The notes under the pieces were generated by a model, which saw only the letters and a list, made by a program, of their open reading frames with translations, was not told where the DNA came from and did not search any database. Position numbers and translations under genes: made by a program. Positions 17,437-26,238 of a stretch of DNA of 54,985 nucleotides are shown one piece after another. The stretch is taken from positions 1-54,985 of the forward strand of contig JACPAX010000008.1 of the NCBI GenBank assembly GCA_016180585.1, given 5' to 3'. Numbering within the stretch: position 1 is the first letter of the stretch; every line of letters starts with the position of its first letter. Origin of the DNA: Candidatus Omnitrophota bacterium (GTDB taxonomy: Bacteria; Omnitrophota; Gorgyraeia; 2-02-FULL-51-18).

Positions 17437-17709
17437 ATGCCGACGTATGAGTACCGGTGTTTGAAATGCCGCAGGAAGTTTGAGAGGCTCCAGCGGATCA
17501 CCGAGCCTCCGCTCGGGCGTTGTGTGTTCTGCAAGGGCAAGGCCGAGCGTCTCATCAGCGCAGGAGTCGGGCTCATCTTCAAGGGCTCCGGGTTCTATAG
17601 CACCGATTACAAGAAAAAGCCCAAGGATGCCGTCAAGAGTGTTGCTTCCGAGCCCAAAGCAGCCTCCCCAAAAGAACCGAAGACGGAATCCACTCCAAAG
17701 AAAAACTAA
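17437..17709 (+). CDS. FmdB-family zinc-ribbon protein
   Basis: MPTYEYRCLKC....F.......PL..C..C.G. .RLIS signature. AGGAGG SD 5 nt upstream. Confidence 0.85.
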   Translation: MPTYEYRCLKCRRKFERLQRITEPPLGRCVFCKGKAERLISAGVGLIFKGSGFYSTDYKKKPKDAVKSVASEPKAASPKEPKTESTPKKN

Positions 17710-17739
17710 ACCTACACCTGGCGACGGGTGACAATTCTT

Positions 17740-17827
17740 CCCCTCCTTACGAAGGAGGGGAGCGGGGAGGTTAAACCAAGACTCCTCCGGTCGCCGAAGG
17801 CGACCACCTCCCCTTCGTAAGGGGAGG
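17740..17827 (+). repeat. Three consecutive perfect stem-loops. The last contains the SD of the downstream gene.
   Basis: cccctcctt-acg-aaggagggg (17740-17760), ggtcgcc-gaa-ggcgacc (17789-17805) and cctcccctt-cgt-aaggggagg (17807-17827). ATG at 17829. Confidence 0.8.
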
Positions 17828-17828
17828 A

Positions 17829-18245
17829 ATGCTTATGGTGTTTGAAGGAGGTTTGATGGGGATGTCTGTTAGGAAGCAAGCGTGGGTTTATGTGGCGCTC
17901 TACGCAGGACTTATTTTCTCTCTCTCCTCTCTTGAGCGACCTCTTCCGGCCCTCGAGCGCTTCCAGAAATACCATCTTGATTTTCTGCTTCATGTTGTAG
18001 AATATGGGATTCTTGGCGCGTTATTGGCGCGGGCGCTGGGTTTGAGTTTTGAATCCAGAGCGGCATGGGAGATAGGCGTGGCCGCTTTTTGGATCGGCTG
18101 TCTCTACGGGGCGACCGATGAGTGGCATCAGAGCTTCGTGCGTTACCGGGAGGCCAGCGTGTGGGACTGGGCGGCCGATGCGGGAGGGGTTCTTTTGGGG
18201 ACGTTTCTTTGGATCGATAGGAAAGAGAAAACATGCCCGAAATAA
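17829..18245 (+). CDS. VanZ-like family membrane protein
   Basis: 138 aa with four hydrophobic helices and the motif GATDEWHQSFVRYREASVWDWAAD, typical of the VanZ family. Confidence 0.75.
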   Translation: MLMVFEGGLMGMSVRKQAWVYVALYAGLIFSLSSLERPLPALERFQKYHLDFLLHVVEYGILGALLARALGLSFESRAAWEIGVAAFWIGCLYGATDEWHQSFVRYREASVWDWAADAGGVLLGTFLWIDRKEKTCPK

Positions 18246-19534
18246 AGGCGTTTCGTGGCTGGCGGTACGACCCCGGAAAAGTCAAGAATTTCTCGGCGGT
18301 TTGCGCCCCGCCCTATGACGTGATCTCGCCGAAAGAGCAGGGGGCGCTGTACCGCAAAAGCCCCTATAACGTAATCCGCCTGGAGCTTGGAAAAAAAGAA
18401 CGCGGCGACTCCGCGCGGCGCAACTCCTACACGCGGGCGAGCGATTTTCTCCGGCGCTGGAAATCCGATGGGGTCCTTGTCCGGGAGAGCATGCCGGCGC
18501 TCTACGTGTACCGGCAGGACTGGGGGGACGGCGGACGCCCTTATTCGCGTCTGGGATTTCTCGCGGCGATGACCATCGACGAGAAAGCGGTGTTGAAGCA
18601 TGAAAATACGCTGGCCGGTCCCAAGAAAGACCGCCTGGCCCTTTTAAAAGAGACGCGCACGAACTTGAGCCCGATCTGGGGGCTTTTTGAGGACGGAGAC
18701 CGGCGGGTCGGCCGCGCGCTCGGCCAGACGCTTAAAACCCGGCCCGCGGTGGACATCGCGCCGGACGGCGTGCGCCATCGCCTCTATGTCGAGACCCGCC
18801 CCGGCGTCGTGGACGCGGTGGCGGATGCGATGCGGCGCAAACCGATGTTCATCGCCGACGGACATCACCGGTTTGAAGTGTCCTGCCGGTTCAGGGACTG
18901 GATGCGTTCCCAAAGGCCCCACGGAAACGGCGACGCCGCCTGGGAACGGGTCCTGGTTTATTTTTCCGATTGCCTGCATCATTCCTTCAAGATTTACCCC
19001 ACGCACCGGCTTATCCGGACGGAGAAAAAAGGCGGGGCCCTTCTGGGAGCGCTGGAAAAAGCGGGCGCGCTCCGGCCCGCGCGCGATCTCTCGGACATTC
19101 TCGGGAGGCTTTCCAAATGCCGTCCGCCACTAAGGCGCCGGCGGACAGGCGCGCCCGCGTATGACTTCGGCGTCTATGCCGGAGGAAAGAAATTCTATCG
19201 GCTGACGCTGGATCCGCGCCGACTCTCTGAGAACGGCAGGCCGACCCTCGTGGACCGACTCGATGTCTCGGCGCTTCACCGGCGGGTCCTGGAGCCCTGC
19301 TATGGGATACGGGAGGTTGAAAAATCCCGCGCGATCGACTTCACGCGCGACCCGCGGGAGGCCGTCCGGCGCGTCCGGCGGGGGGAGTTTGACCTGGCCT
19401 TTTTCCTGAGGCCGACCTCGCTCGCCGAAATGATCGAGGTTTCCAGAAAAAACCTCAAGATGCCGCAGAAATCCACCTATTTTTATCCGAAGCTTCTCTC
19501 GGGGCTGGTGTTTCACGGACTGGACGATGATTAA
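18233..19534 (+). CDS. DUF1015-domain protein
   Basis: AFRGWRYDP, PPYDVIS and FIADGHHRF signatures of DUF1015. Confidence 0.8.
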   Translation: MPEIKAFRGWRYDPGKVKNFSAVCAPPYDVISPKEQGALYRKSPYNVIRLELGKKERGDSARRNSYTRASDFLRRWKSDGVLVRESMPALYVYRQDWGDGGRPYSRLGFLAAMTIDEKAVLKHENTLAGPKKDRLALLKETRTNLSPIWGLFEDGDRRVGRALGQTLKTRPAVDIAPDGVRHRLYVETRPGVVDAVADAMRRKPMFIADGHHRFEVSCRFRDWMRSQRPHGNGDAAWERVLVYFSDCLHHSFKIYPTHRLIRTEKKGGALLGALEKAGALRPARDLSDILGRLSKCRPPLRRRRTGAPAYDFGVYAGGKKFYRLTLDPRRLSENGRPTLVDRLDVSALHRRVLEPCYGIREVEKSRAIDFTRDPREAVRRVRRGEFDLAFFLRPTSLAEMIEVSRKNLKMPQKSTYFYPKLLSGLVFHGLDDD

Positions 19535-20231
19535 GCCCAAGGCCCTGACCTCGCTTTCCGTTTTTTTTCCCTGCTACAACGAAGCGGAAAACGTCGGCAC
19601 ACTCATCAGGGAAAGCGTCGAGATGGCCGATCGCTACGGCGTCGACTACGAGATCGTCGTCGTCGATGACGGCTCGCGGGACCGGACCGCCGAGATCGTC
19701 TCGGAATGGCGGGAAAAAAATCCCCGCGTCCGGCTCGTCCGGCATTCCGAAAATAAAGGCTACGGCGCCGCGGTCCGGTCCGGTTTCGAAAACGCGGCCA
19801 AAGACCTTGTGTTTATGACCGACGGCGACCGGCAGTTCCGCGTGGCCGAGATCGAGAAGCTTTTTTCAAAAATCGACAGCTGCGACGTGGTGACCGGCTA
19901 CCGGATCGGGCGGCGGGACAAGGGGTACCGGCGTCTCAACGGCCGGCTCTGGACGGCGCTCACGCGGTTTTTGTTTGGCCTGCCGGTGCGAGACGTCGAC
20001 TGCGCGTTCAAACTCGTCCGGCGCCACGCGATGGAAAATCTCAAGCTTGAGTCAAACCAGCTTCTGATCCACGCGGAGTTTCTGGCCCGGCTGAAGAAAA
20101 GAGGCTGCAAGATCGAGGAAATAGGGGTCACGCATTATCCGCGGGAAAAGGGGAAGGCCACCGCGACCGCGCCGCTCCGCGTTTTAAAGACTTTTGCCGA
20201 ACTCTTCAGGCTTTATTGGAGGCTGCGGTGA
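19527..20231 (+). CDS. Glycosyltransferase family 2 (polyprenyl-phosphate glycosyltransferase-like)
   Basis: LSVFFPCYNEAENV...IVVVDDGSRDRT...NKGYGAA...TDGDRQF motifs of GT2. Confidence 0.85.
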   Translation: MIKPKALTSLSVFFPCYNEAENVGTLIRESVEMADRYGVDYEIVVVDDGSRDRTAEIVSEWREKNPRVRLVRHSENKGYGAAVRSGFENAAKDLVFMTDGDRQFRVAEIEKLFSKIDSCDVVTGYRIGRRDKGYRRLNGRLWTALTRFLFGLPVRDVDCAFKLVRRHAMENLKLESNQLLIHAEFLARLKKRGCKIEEIGVTHYPREKGKATATAPLRVLKTFAELFRLYWRLR

Positions 20232-20247
20232 GGCCGGCCCGAAGAGG

Positions 20248-20276
20248 TTGAACCCACGGGGGCGGTGTGCTATGAT
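20248..20276 (+). promoter_or_regulatory. Candidate promoter TTGAAC-17 nt-TATGAT with a TGn extension (TGCTATGAT), 11 nt upstream of the accD ATG
   Basis: Motifs read directly at 20248-20253 and 20268-20276. Confidence 0.5.
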
Positions 20277-20287
20277 TTCTACTCATT

Positions 20288-21133
20288 ATGTCACCCTTTG
20301 AGACGAAGGTCAAAGCCGCTCCCGTTCGTCTTTTCAAGCGCCGGGACATCCCCGAAGGTCTGTGGACCAAATGCGATGAGTGCGGGGAAATCATCTACAA
20401 CAAGACCCTTGAGGAAGATTCCAAGGTCTGCCCCAAGTGCGACTATCACTTCACTCTCTCGGCCCACGAACGCGTGGCCCAGCTGATTGACGAAGGGACC
20501 TTCAAAGAGAAGGACAAGCATCTGGTCTCGGCCGACCCAATCAAATTCAGGGGGCCCAAGTCCTATCCGGCGAAGCTGAAAGAAGACCAGGAGTCCACGG
20601 GGCTCGTCGACGCGGTCATAACCGGTGAGGGGTTGCTCAACGAAATCCCGGTGGCGTTGGGGGTCACGGATTCGCATTTTATCATGGGGTCCATGGGGTC
20701 GGTGGTGGGAGAGAAGCTCACGCGGCTCATCGAGTCGGCGACCCGGAAGAAGCTGCCGCTCGTCATCGTCTCGGGGTCGGGAGGCGGCGCCAGGATGTAC
20801 GAGGGGATGTTTTCGCTGATGCAGATGGCCAAGACCTCTCAGGCGCTGGCCAAGCACCATGAGGCCGGTCTCCTCTTTATTTCCGTGCTGACCAATCCGA
20901 CAATGGCCGGGATCATGGCGAGTTTCGCCTCTCTCGGGGACCTGATTCTGGCCGAGCCGAGGGCGCTCATCGGTTTCACGGGGCCGCGCGTGATCGAGCA
21001 GACGATACGGCAAAAGCTGCCGGACGGGTTTCAGACCTCGGAGTTTCTCCTGGAGCACGGGATGATCGACAAGATCGTCCATCGAAAGCAGCTGAAGGCC
21101 TCTCTCTGTCAGTTCATCAACTATTTCAAATGA
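20288..21133 (+). CDS. accD: Acetyl-CoA carboxylase carboxyltransferase beta subunit
   Basis: N-terminal zinc ribbon (CDECGEIIY...CPKCDYH) and a carboxyltransferase domain (GSMGSVVGEK..., SGGARMYEG). Confidence 0.93.
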   Translation: MSPFETKVKAAPVRLFKRRDIPEGLWTKCDECGEIIYNKTLEEDSKVCPKCDYHFTLSAHERVAQLIDEGTFKEKDKHLVSADPIKFRGPKSYPAKLKEDQESTGLVDAVITGEGLLNEIPVALGVTDSHFIMGSMGSVVGEKLTRLIESATRKKLPLVIVSGSGGGARMYEGMFSLMQMAKTSQALAKHHEAGLLFISVLTNPTMAGIMASFASLGDLILAEPRALIGFTGPRVIEQTIRQKLPDGFQTSEFLLEHGMIDKIVHRKQLKASLCQFINYFK

Positions 21134-21155
21134 ATCGCGGAGTCGTTTAAAGATC

Positions 21156-22259
21156 ATGGCGCAAGTGAGTCTCGCCCGGGTCAGCAAAGTCTATCCGGGG
21201 AATATCCAGGCGGTTTCCAACGTGAACCTCTCGATCGAGCGGCGGGAGTTCATCGTCCTCGTCGGTCCCTCGGGCTGCGGCAAGACCACGATCCTGCGCA
21301 TGATCGCGGGCCTGGAGGAAATCACGCAGGGTAAAATTTACATCGGCGACAAACTCGTCAACGAGGTCCCGCCCAAGGACCGGGACATCGCGATGGTGTT
21401 TCAAAATTACGCGCTTTATCCGCACATGACGGTATTCGAAAACATGGCCTTCGCGCTCAAGCTTCGGAAGTATCCGAAGTCCGAGATCGAGTCGAGGGTC
21501 AATGACGCGGCCGAGATCCTCGGGATCAAAGCGCTTTTGGAGCGCAAGCCCAAGGAGCTCTCGGGAGGACAGCGCCAGCGCGTGGCGCTGGGTCGGGCCA
21601 TCGTGCGCAAACCCCTCGTGTTCCTGTTTGACGAGCCGCTGAGCAATCTCGACGCGAAGCTGCGCGTGCAGATGAGGACCGAGATCAAAAAACTTCACCA
21701 GCGGCTTCAGGCGACGATCATCTACGTGACGCATGACCAGACCGAGGCGCTCACGATGGGGGACCGCATCGTCGTCGTCAAAGACGGGACCGTCCAGCAG
21801 GTGGCCGATCCAATCACGCTTTATGACCGGCCGGTGAATAAATTCGTCGCCAGCTTTATCGGCAGCCCGCCGATGAATTTTCTGACCGGGGCCATCTCGC
21901 ACATCGACACCAAGTTTTATTTTCAAAACGGCCCGTTCAAGGTCCGGATCGCGGACGCCGCGGCGCCGAGACTCATGCCTTACGGAAACAAAGAGGTTAT
22001 TTTCGGAATCCGTTCGGAAGACATCTATGACAAGCTCTTCGCCACGGAGGCGTCTCCGGACAATACGGTGCGCGCGACCTGCGAAGTCGTGGAGCCCATG
22101 GGGGCCGAGGCGTTCCTTTATCTGAGGACGGGCGCGAATTCCTTTATCGCCCGCGTTTCCGGCCATGTGCGTCCCAGCGTCAATCAGGACCTGGACCTGG
22201 TTCTGGACATGGGAAAAGCGCACTTTTTTGACAAACATACGGAAAAAGCGATTCTGTAG
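21156..22259 (+). CDS. ABC transporter ATP-binding protein, MalK/UgpC/MsmX family. No adjacent permease.
   Basis: Walker A GPSGCGKTT, signature LSGGQRQRV, Walker B FLFDEPLSNLD and a C-terminal TOBE-like regulatory domain. Confidence 0.9.
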   Translation: MAQVSLARVSKVYPGNIQAVSNVNLSIERREFIVLVGPSGCGKTTILRMIAGLEEITQGKIYIGDKLVNEVPPKDRDIAMVFQNYALYPHMTVFENMAFALKLRKYPKSEIESRVNDAAEILGIKALLERKPKELSGGQRQRVALGRAIVRKPLVFLFDEPLSNLDAKLRVQMRTEIKKLHQRLQATIIYVTHDQTEALTMGDRIVVVKDGTVQQVADPITLYDRPVNKFVASFIGSPPMNFLTGAISHIDTKFYFQNGPFKVRIADAAAPRLMPYGNKEVIFGIRSEDIYDKLFATEASPDNTVRATCEVVEPMGAEAFLYLRTGANSFIARVSGHVRPSVNQDLDLVLDMGKAHFFDKHTEKAIL

Positions 22260-22291
22260 CTTCGGGTTTTTCGAACCGTGAGGCCCGTTCA

Positions 22292-23737
22292 TTGCCTCCT
22301 TATTTCATACCGCTGGTAGCGTTTGTCGTCTGGGCCCTGGCCCTGTTGTCCTATCTGCCCCTCCTGAGACTTGACCTTCCGCTGGCGGACCAGCTGGTCG
22401 CCCCGCAGTTTCTGATCGTGGGGGTTCTTCTGGTGACGGTCTGGGCGCTCTCGGGGCCGATCACCGCGTCGGTGTTGAGCGCGCTGTCCATCCTTTTCAT
22501 CCTTTATCTCTCGCTTGTGTACAAACAGCCGGCGCTTGCGGTCCAGGTGCTTTTCCAGGCGGGTCTTTTTATCGCGGTGGTTTCCTACCTGCACGAGGTC
22601 CAGCGCCGAAATAACCGAAGAGAAATCGTGCGGGAGAAACTGATGGAGGACCTGACGCTGCTTCGCCAGGAACAGCGCAAAAAAGACGAGCTTAAACTGG
22701 CGCTGGAGCAAAAGAGTCGCCGCTATTTCCACCTCCAGAAGTTTTCGGAAGACCTGAAGGAGGCGGAAGGTCTCGGACAGGCCGCGCAACGCATCGTCCG
22801 GGAGTCCCGCGAGGCGCTTCCAAAGGCGGCCGAATGCGCGCTGTATCTTGTGGACGAAGCCAGACAGGAACTTTCGTTGGCCGCGGGATGGCGGGCGGAC
22901 GGCGGCGGCGTCCGGCTGAAGCTGGGCAGCGTTTTTGACCAATGGGTGATGAAGCGCTCGCAGGCGCTTGTGATACAGGACAGCCATAACGATTTCCGGT
23001 TTTCCGCGGAGGCCGACGCCCCCCTTGAAAGGGGTCCGTCCGCATCCGGCGGCGAAGGGGGGGGCTTGCGCTCGGCGTGCGTCACGCCGCTCATGACGGA
23101 AAATAAAGTGCTCGGCGTGCTTCGGGCCGGCGCCGCCGAGGAAGGGGCATTCAACGCCGATGACCTGAGGCTCCTCAACGTGATTTCCAATCTGGGCGCC
23201 GTCGTCCTGAGAAACTTGAGGCTCTATGAAAAGATGCAGGAGCTGGCCTCAAAAGACAGCCTGACGGGACTTTACCTGAGCCGGTGTTTTCAGGAAAGAA
23301 TCGGCGAGGAGATCCTGCGCGCGCGTTACGGCCACACGCCGTTTTCGCTGATCATTCTCGATATCGACCACTTCAAGCGCTACAACGACGAGTACGGGCA
23401 CGCGGCGGGGGATCTCGTCCTCCGGCATATCGCCGGGCTTGTTTTGGGTTGTGTCGCCAGGGGGGACTTCGCCGCCCGTTACGGCGGGGAGGAATTCGCG
23501 ATTCTTTTGCCGAACCTGCCGAAGCGGGAGGCGGTGGGATTGGCGGAGAGCGTGCGGGCCCGGATCGAACAAAATAAATTTTACCTGCGCCGCGTCGAGA
23601 ACCGGGTCACGGCCTCGCTGGGCGTGGCCGGTTTTCCCGAGGACGGCCAGGTCAAGGAAGCGCTCATCCGCCAGGCGGACAAAAACCTTTATGAAGCCAA
23701 GCGCCTGGGGAGGAACCGCGTATGTGGAAATTCCTGA
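22292..23737 (+). CDS. Membrane-anchored GAF-GGDEF diguanylate cyclase
   Basis: N-terminal TM helices, a central GAF-like region, then a GGDEF domain with RYGGEEF. TTG start. Confidence 0.85.
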   Translation: MPPYFIPLVAFVVWALALLSYLPLLRLDLPLADQLVAPQFLIVGVLLVTVWALSGPITASVLSALSILFILYLSLVYKQPALAVQVLFQAGLFIAVVSYLHEVQRRNNRREIVREKLMEDLTLLRQEQRKKDELKLALEQKSRRYFHLQKFSEDLKEAEGLGQAAQRIVRESREALPKAAECALYLVDEARQELSLAAGWRADGGGVRLKLGSVFDQWVMKRSQALVIQDSHNDFRFSAEADAPLERGPSASGGEGGGLRSACVTPLMTENKVLGVLRAGAAEEGAFNADDLRLLNVISNLGAVVLRNLRLYEKMQELASKDSLTGLYLSRCFQERIGEEILRARYGHTPFSLIILDIDHFKRYNDEYGHAAGDLVLRHIAGLVLGCVARGDFAARYGGEEFAILLPNLPKREAVGLAESVRARIEQNKFYLRRVENRVTASLGVAGFPEDGQVKEALIRQADKNLYEAKRLGRNRVCGNS

Positions 23738-25041
23738 TCCTCAACGTGCTCTGGTTTTCGATTCTCTTCCTGGTCCATTTCTTCGGCAATCCCCCGGCCC
23801 GCCGCTTCGTCTTTTTTTCGATTTTCGTCGCGGCGGGCATTTTTGCTTTTCAGAACACCGTCGACCCGCTGGGCTGGGCGTATTACGCGGTCTATTCCCT
23901 GGTGATCTATGTCACCGCGTCCCGTTTCAGGGAATGGGCCGCCGCCCGCTCGGGGTTTTTGGATGGGGAGATCCGTTTCCTGTCGGAGGAACACGAGAGC
24001 CGGAAAACGGAGCTGGCCGTTCGCGGAGACCAGACCGGGACGGCCGCCCGCAAGGCCAACGAAATTTTTCAGATTTACGAGAAGGCGAGGGAGATGTCGC
24101 AGAGCCTGGACCGGCTCGAGACCTTCGTGATTTTCGGCGAGGCGCTTGCGCAGAACACGGCGTTTGACGAGCTGAAACTTGTGTTCTGGGACGGAAAAGA
24201 GGAGGCCGGCGCTCTCTCGGGCCGGGAGGTTTACAGGCTGGATTATTCGGTGTTCGGAAGTTTTTTTGACCGCGGAGTCTTCCTGAGGGACCGCGACGGG
24301 TTGAAGGCCGACCTGACGCCCGAAGAGGACAGGGCCCTCCGGGACTCTTGGGCGAACGAGGGAGGCCAGGCCGCGGAAAGGTCCTCCCCGACCGCCGTCT
24401 TCCCGGTGAGGCTCGAGAAGGAGATCTTTGCGGCGCTCATTTTGAACGGATGCGGGGCTGCGGGGAGCCATCCCGTCTCCATTTTGGCGCACAGCTTCGC
24501 CTCCGAGATGCAGCGGCTCAGGCTCTACGAACACGTCGAGAGGCTTGCCATCACCGACGGCCTGACCGGCGTCTATGTGAGACGGCATCTCATGGACCGC
24601 TTTCGGGAAGAAATGGACCGCTGCAAACGTTTCGGGCTCAAGCTCTCGTTTCTGATGATTGACGTGGACCATTTCAAGCGCTTCAACGACGATTACGGCC
24701 ACCTCGTCGGCGATGTGGTGCTCAGGCACGTGGCCGCGACGATCAGGAACAACACGCGCGAAGTGGACCTCGTGGGGCGCTACGGAGGGGAGGAGTTTGG
24801 GGCGCTTCTCATCGAGACGGACGAGTCTCACGCGGTCGCGGCGGCCCAAAGAATCCGGCAGGCGGTCGCGGAGAAAACATTCACCGCCTATGACGAAAAT
24901 CTGAAGGTCACGATCAGCGTCGGATGCGCCACGTACTCCCCCGGGAGGAGCGAGGCGTCTTCCATCGTTGAGTGCGCGGACAAAGCGCTTTACGAGGCGA
25001 AGCGCCAGGGGAGAAACAGGGTATGCTCGGAGACAGGATGA
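23722..25041 (+). CDS. Membrane-anchored GGDEF diguanylate cyclase with a canonical RxxD I-site
   Basis: GGDEF domain with REVDLVGRYGGEEF. It overlaps the upstream cyclase gene by 16 nt. Confidence 0.85.
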   Translation: MWKFLILNVLWFSILFLVHFFGNPPARRFVFFSIFVAAGIFAFQNTVDPLGWAYYAVYSLVIYVTASRFREWAAARSGFLDGEIRFLSEEHESRKTELAVRGDQTGTAARKANEIFQIYEKAREMSQSLDRLETFVIFGEALAQNTAFDELKLVFWDGKEEAGALSGREVYRLDYSVFGSFFDRGVFLRDRDGLKADLTPEEDRALRDSWANEGGQAAERSSPTAVFPVRLEKEIFAALILNGCGAAGSHPVSILAHSFASEMQRLRLYEHVERLAITDGLTGVYVRRHLMDRFREEMDRCKRFGLKLSFLMIDVDHFKRFNDDYGHLVGDVVLRHVAATIRNNTREVDLVGRYGGEEFGALLIETDESHAVAAAQRIRQAVAEKTFTAYDENLKVTISVGCATYSPGRSEASSIVECADKALYEAKRQGRNRVCSETG

Positions 25042-25042
25042 G

Positions 25043-25165
25043 GAGTTCGGAGTAGGGAGTTCAGAGTTCGGAGACAGTTTTTGAGTCGTTTAGTTCGGAG
25101 ACGTTTTTCTCCGAACTCAAAAACTCTTTACTGTCTCCGAACTCCGAACTCCCAACTCCGAACTT
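25043..25165. repeat. Long imperfect nested hairpin built from gagttcgg/ccgaactc units
   Basis: The left arm (gagttcggagtagggagttcagagttcggagacag) pairs with the right arm (ctgtctccgaactccgaactcccaactccgaactt). The central perfect stem is agttcggaga/tctccgaact. Confidence 0.8.
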
Positions 25166-25166
25166 C

Positions 25167-25175
25167 TGATATAAT
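25167..25175 (+). promoter_or_regulatory. Extended -10 element TGATATAAT, 8 nt upstream of the ROK kinase ATG. This implies a leaderless or near-leaderless transcript.
   Basis: Perfect TGnTATAAT read directly. No SD before the ATG at 25184. Confidence 0.5.
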
Positions 25176-25183
25176 GGGGCGTT

Positions 25184-26233
25184 ATGAAACAAAGCAGCGA
25201 CCATAAACCGCTCCGGGCCCGCACGGCGGCGATCGGCGTGGACATCGGCGGCACCAACATTAAACTCGGGCTCGTCGCGCCGGACGGACGGGTGCTTCTG
25301 CGGGGATCTTTCCAGACGCGCGCCGACGAGGGGCGGGCCGGGGTTCTTGGAAGGCTGGTCGAAAATATCCTGGCCGTTTCCTCCGCGGCGCGGCAAAAAG
25401 GATGGGGAGTGAAGGGCGTCGGCATCGGCGCGCCGGGCCCGGTGGACGTTCGTAGAGGATGGGTCTATTTTTTTCCCAATCTTCCCGGCTGGAAGAATAC
25501 GCCGCTTAAGGCCATTCTTGAGCGGCGCCTGCGTCTGCCGGTCGCGGTGGACAACGACGCGAACGTGATGGCGCTGGCCGAATTCCGCTTCGGCGCGGGC
25601 CGCGGGGCGGATCCGATGGTGGCGTTGACGCTCGGCACCGGGATAGGCGGCGGTCTGGTGATCGGGGGCAGACTTTTTCACGGCCCCGCTTATTCGGCGG
25701 CGGAGCTGGGGCACATTTCCATCCAGGAGGACGGCCCGCTCTGCGGCTGCGGAAGCCGCGGCTGCGTGGAGACTTATGTCGGCAACGGCTATTTCGTGAG
25801 GGAGCTTAAAAAAAGACTTAAGGCCGCCTCAGCCGCCGGACGCGGACGGACCCGCCGACGTTTCGGCGACGGGGGCCATGGCTTGCTTGAGGGCTGGGTC
25901 TTCAGGGAAAAAAGAGAGCTGACCCCGAAGCTTGCGGCCCTCGCGGCCCGGAAAGGCGACCCGGTCGCTTCGAAGCTCTGGGAGGAGACCGGCGAGCGTC
26001 TGGGGACGATGCTGGCGGGTCTGGTCAACGCGCTCAATCCCCAGAAAATCGTTCTTGGGGGAGGGGTGGCGCAAAGCGGATCGCTGCTTTTCGGGCCGGT
26101 GGTCCGGACAATCGGGAAAAAAGCTTTTCCGATAGCGGCGCGTTCTGTTAGAGTAGTGCCTGCGGCGTTCGGCGTCGACGCCGGTGTCGTCGGCGCCGCC
26201 GCGCTTCTTTTTGAAGGCCGGAACAAACCATAA
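25184..26233 (+). CDS. ROK-family sugar kinase (glucokinase-like)
   Basis: IGVDIGGTNIKLG ATP-binding motif and ROK zinc motif CGCGSRGCVETY. Confidence 0.88.
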   Translation: MKQSSDHKPLRARTAAIGVDIGGTNIKLGLVAPDGRVLLRGSFQTRADEGRAGVLGRLVENILAVSSAARQKGWGVKGVGIGAPGPVDVRRGWVYFFPNLPGWKNTPLKAILERRLRLPVAVDNDANVMALAEFRFGAGRGADPMVALTLGTGIGGGLVIGGRLFHGPAYSAAELGHISIQEDGPLCGCGSRGCVETYVGNGYFVRELKKRLKAASAAGRGRTRRRFGDGGHGLLEGWVFREKRELTPKLAALAARKGDPVASKLWEETGERLGTMLAGLVNALNPQKIVLGGGVAQSGSLLFGPVVRTIGKKAFPIAARSVRVVPAAFGVDAGVVGAAALLFEGRNKP

Positions 26234-26238
26234 AGAAT

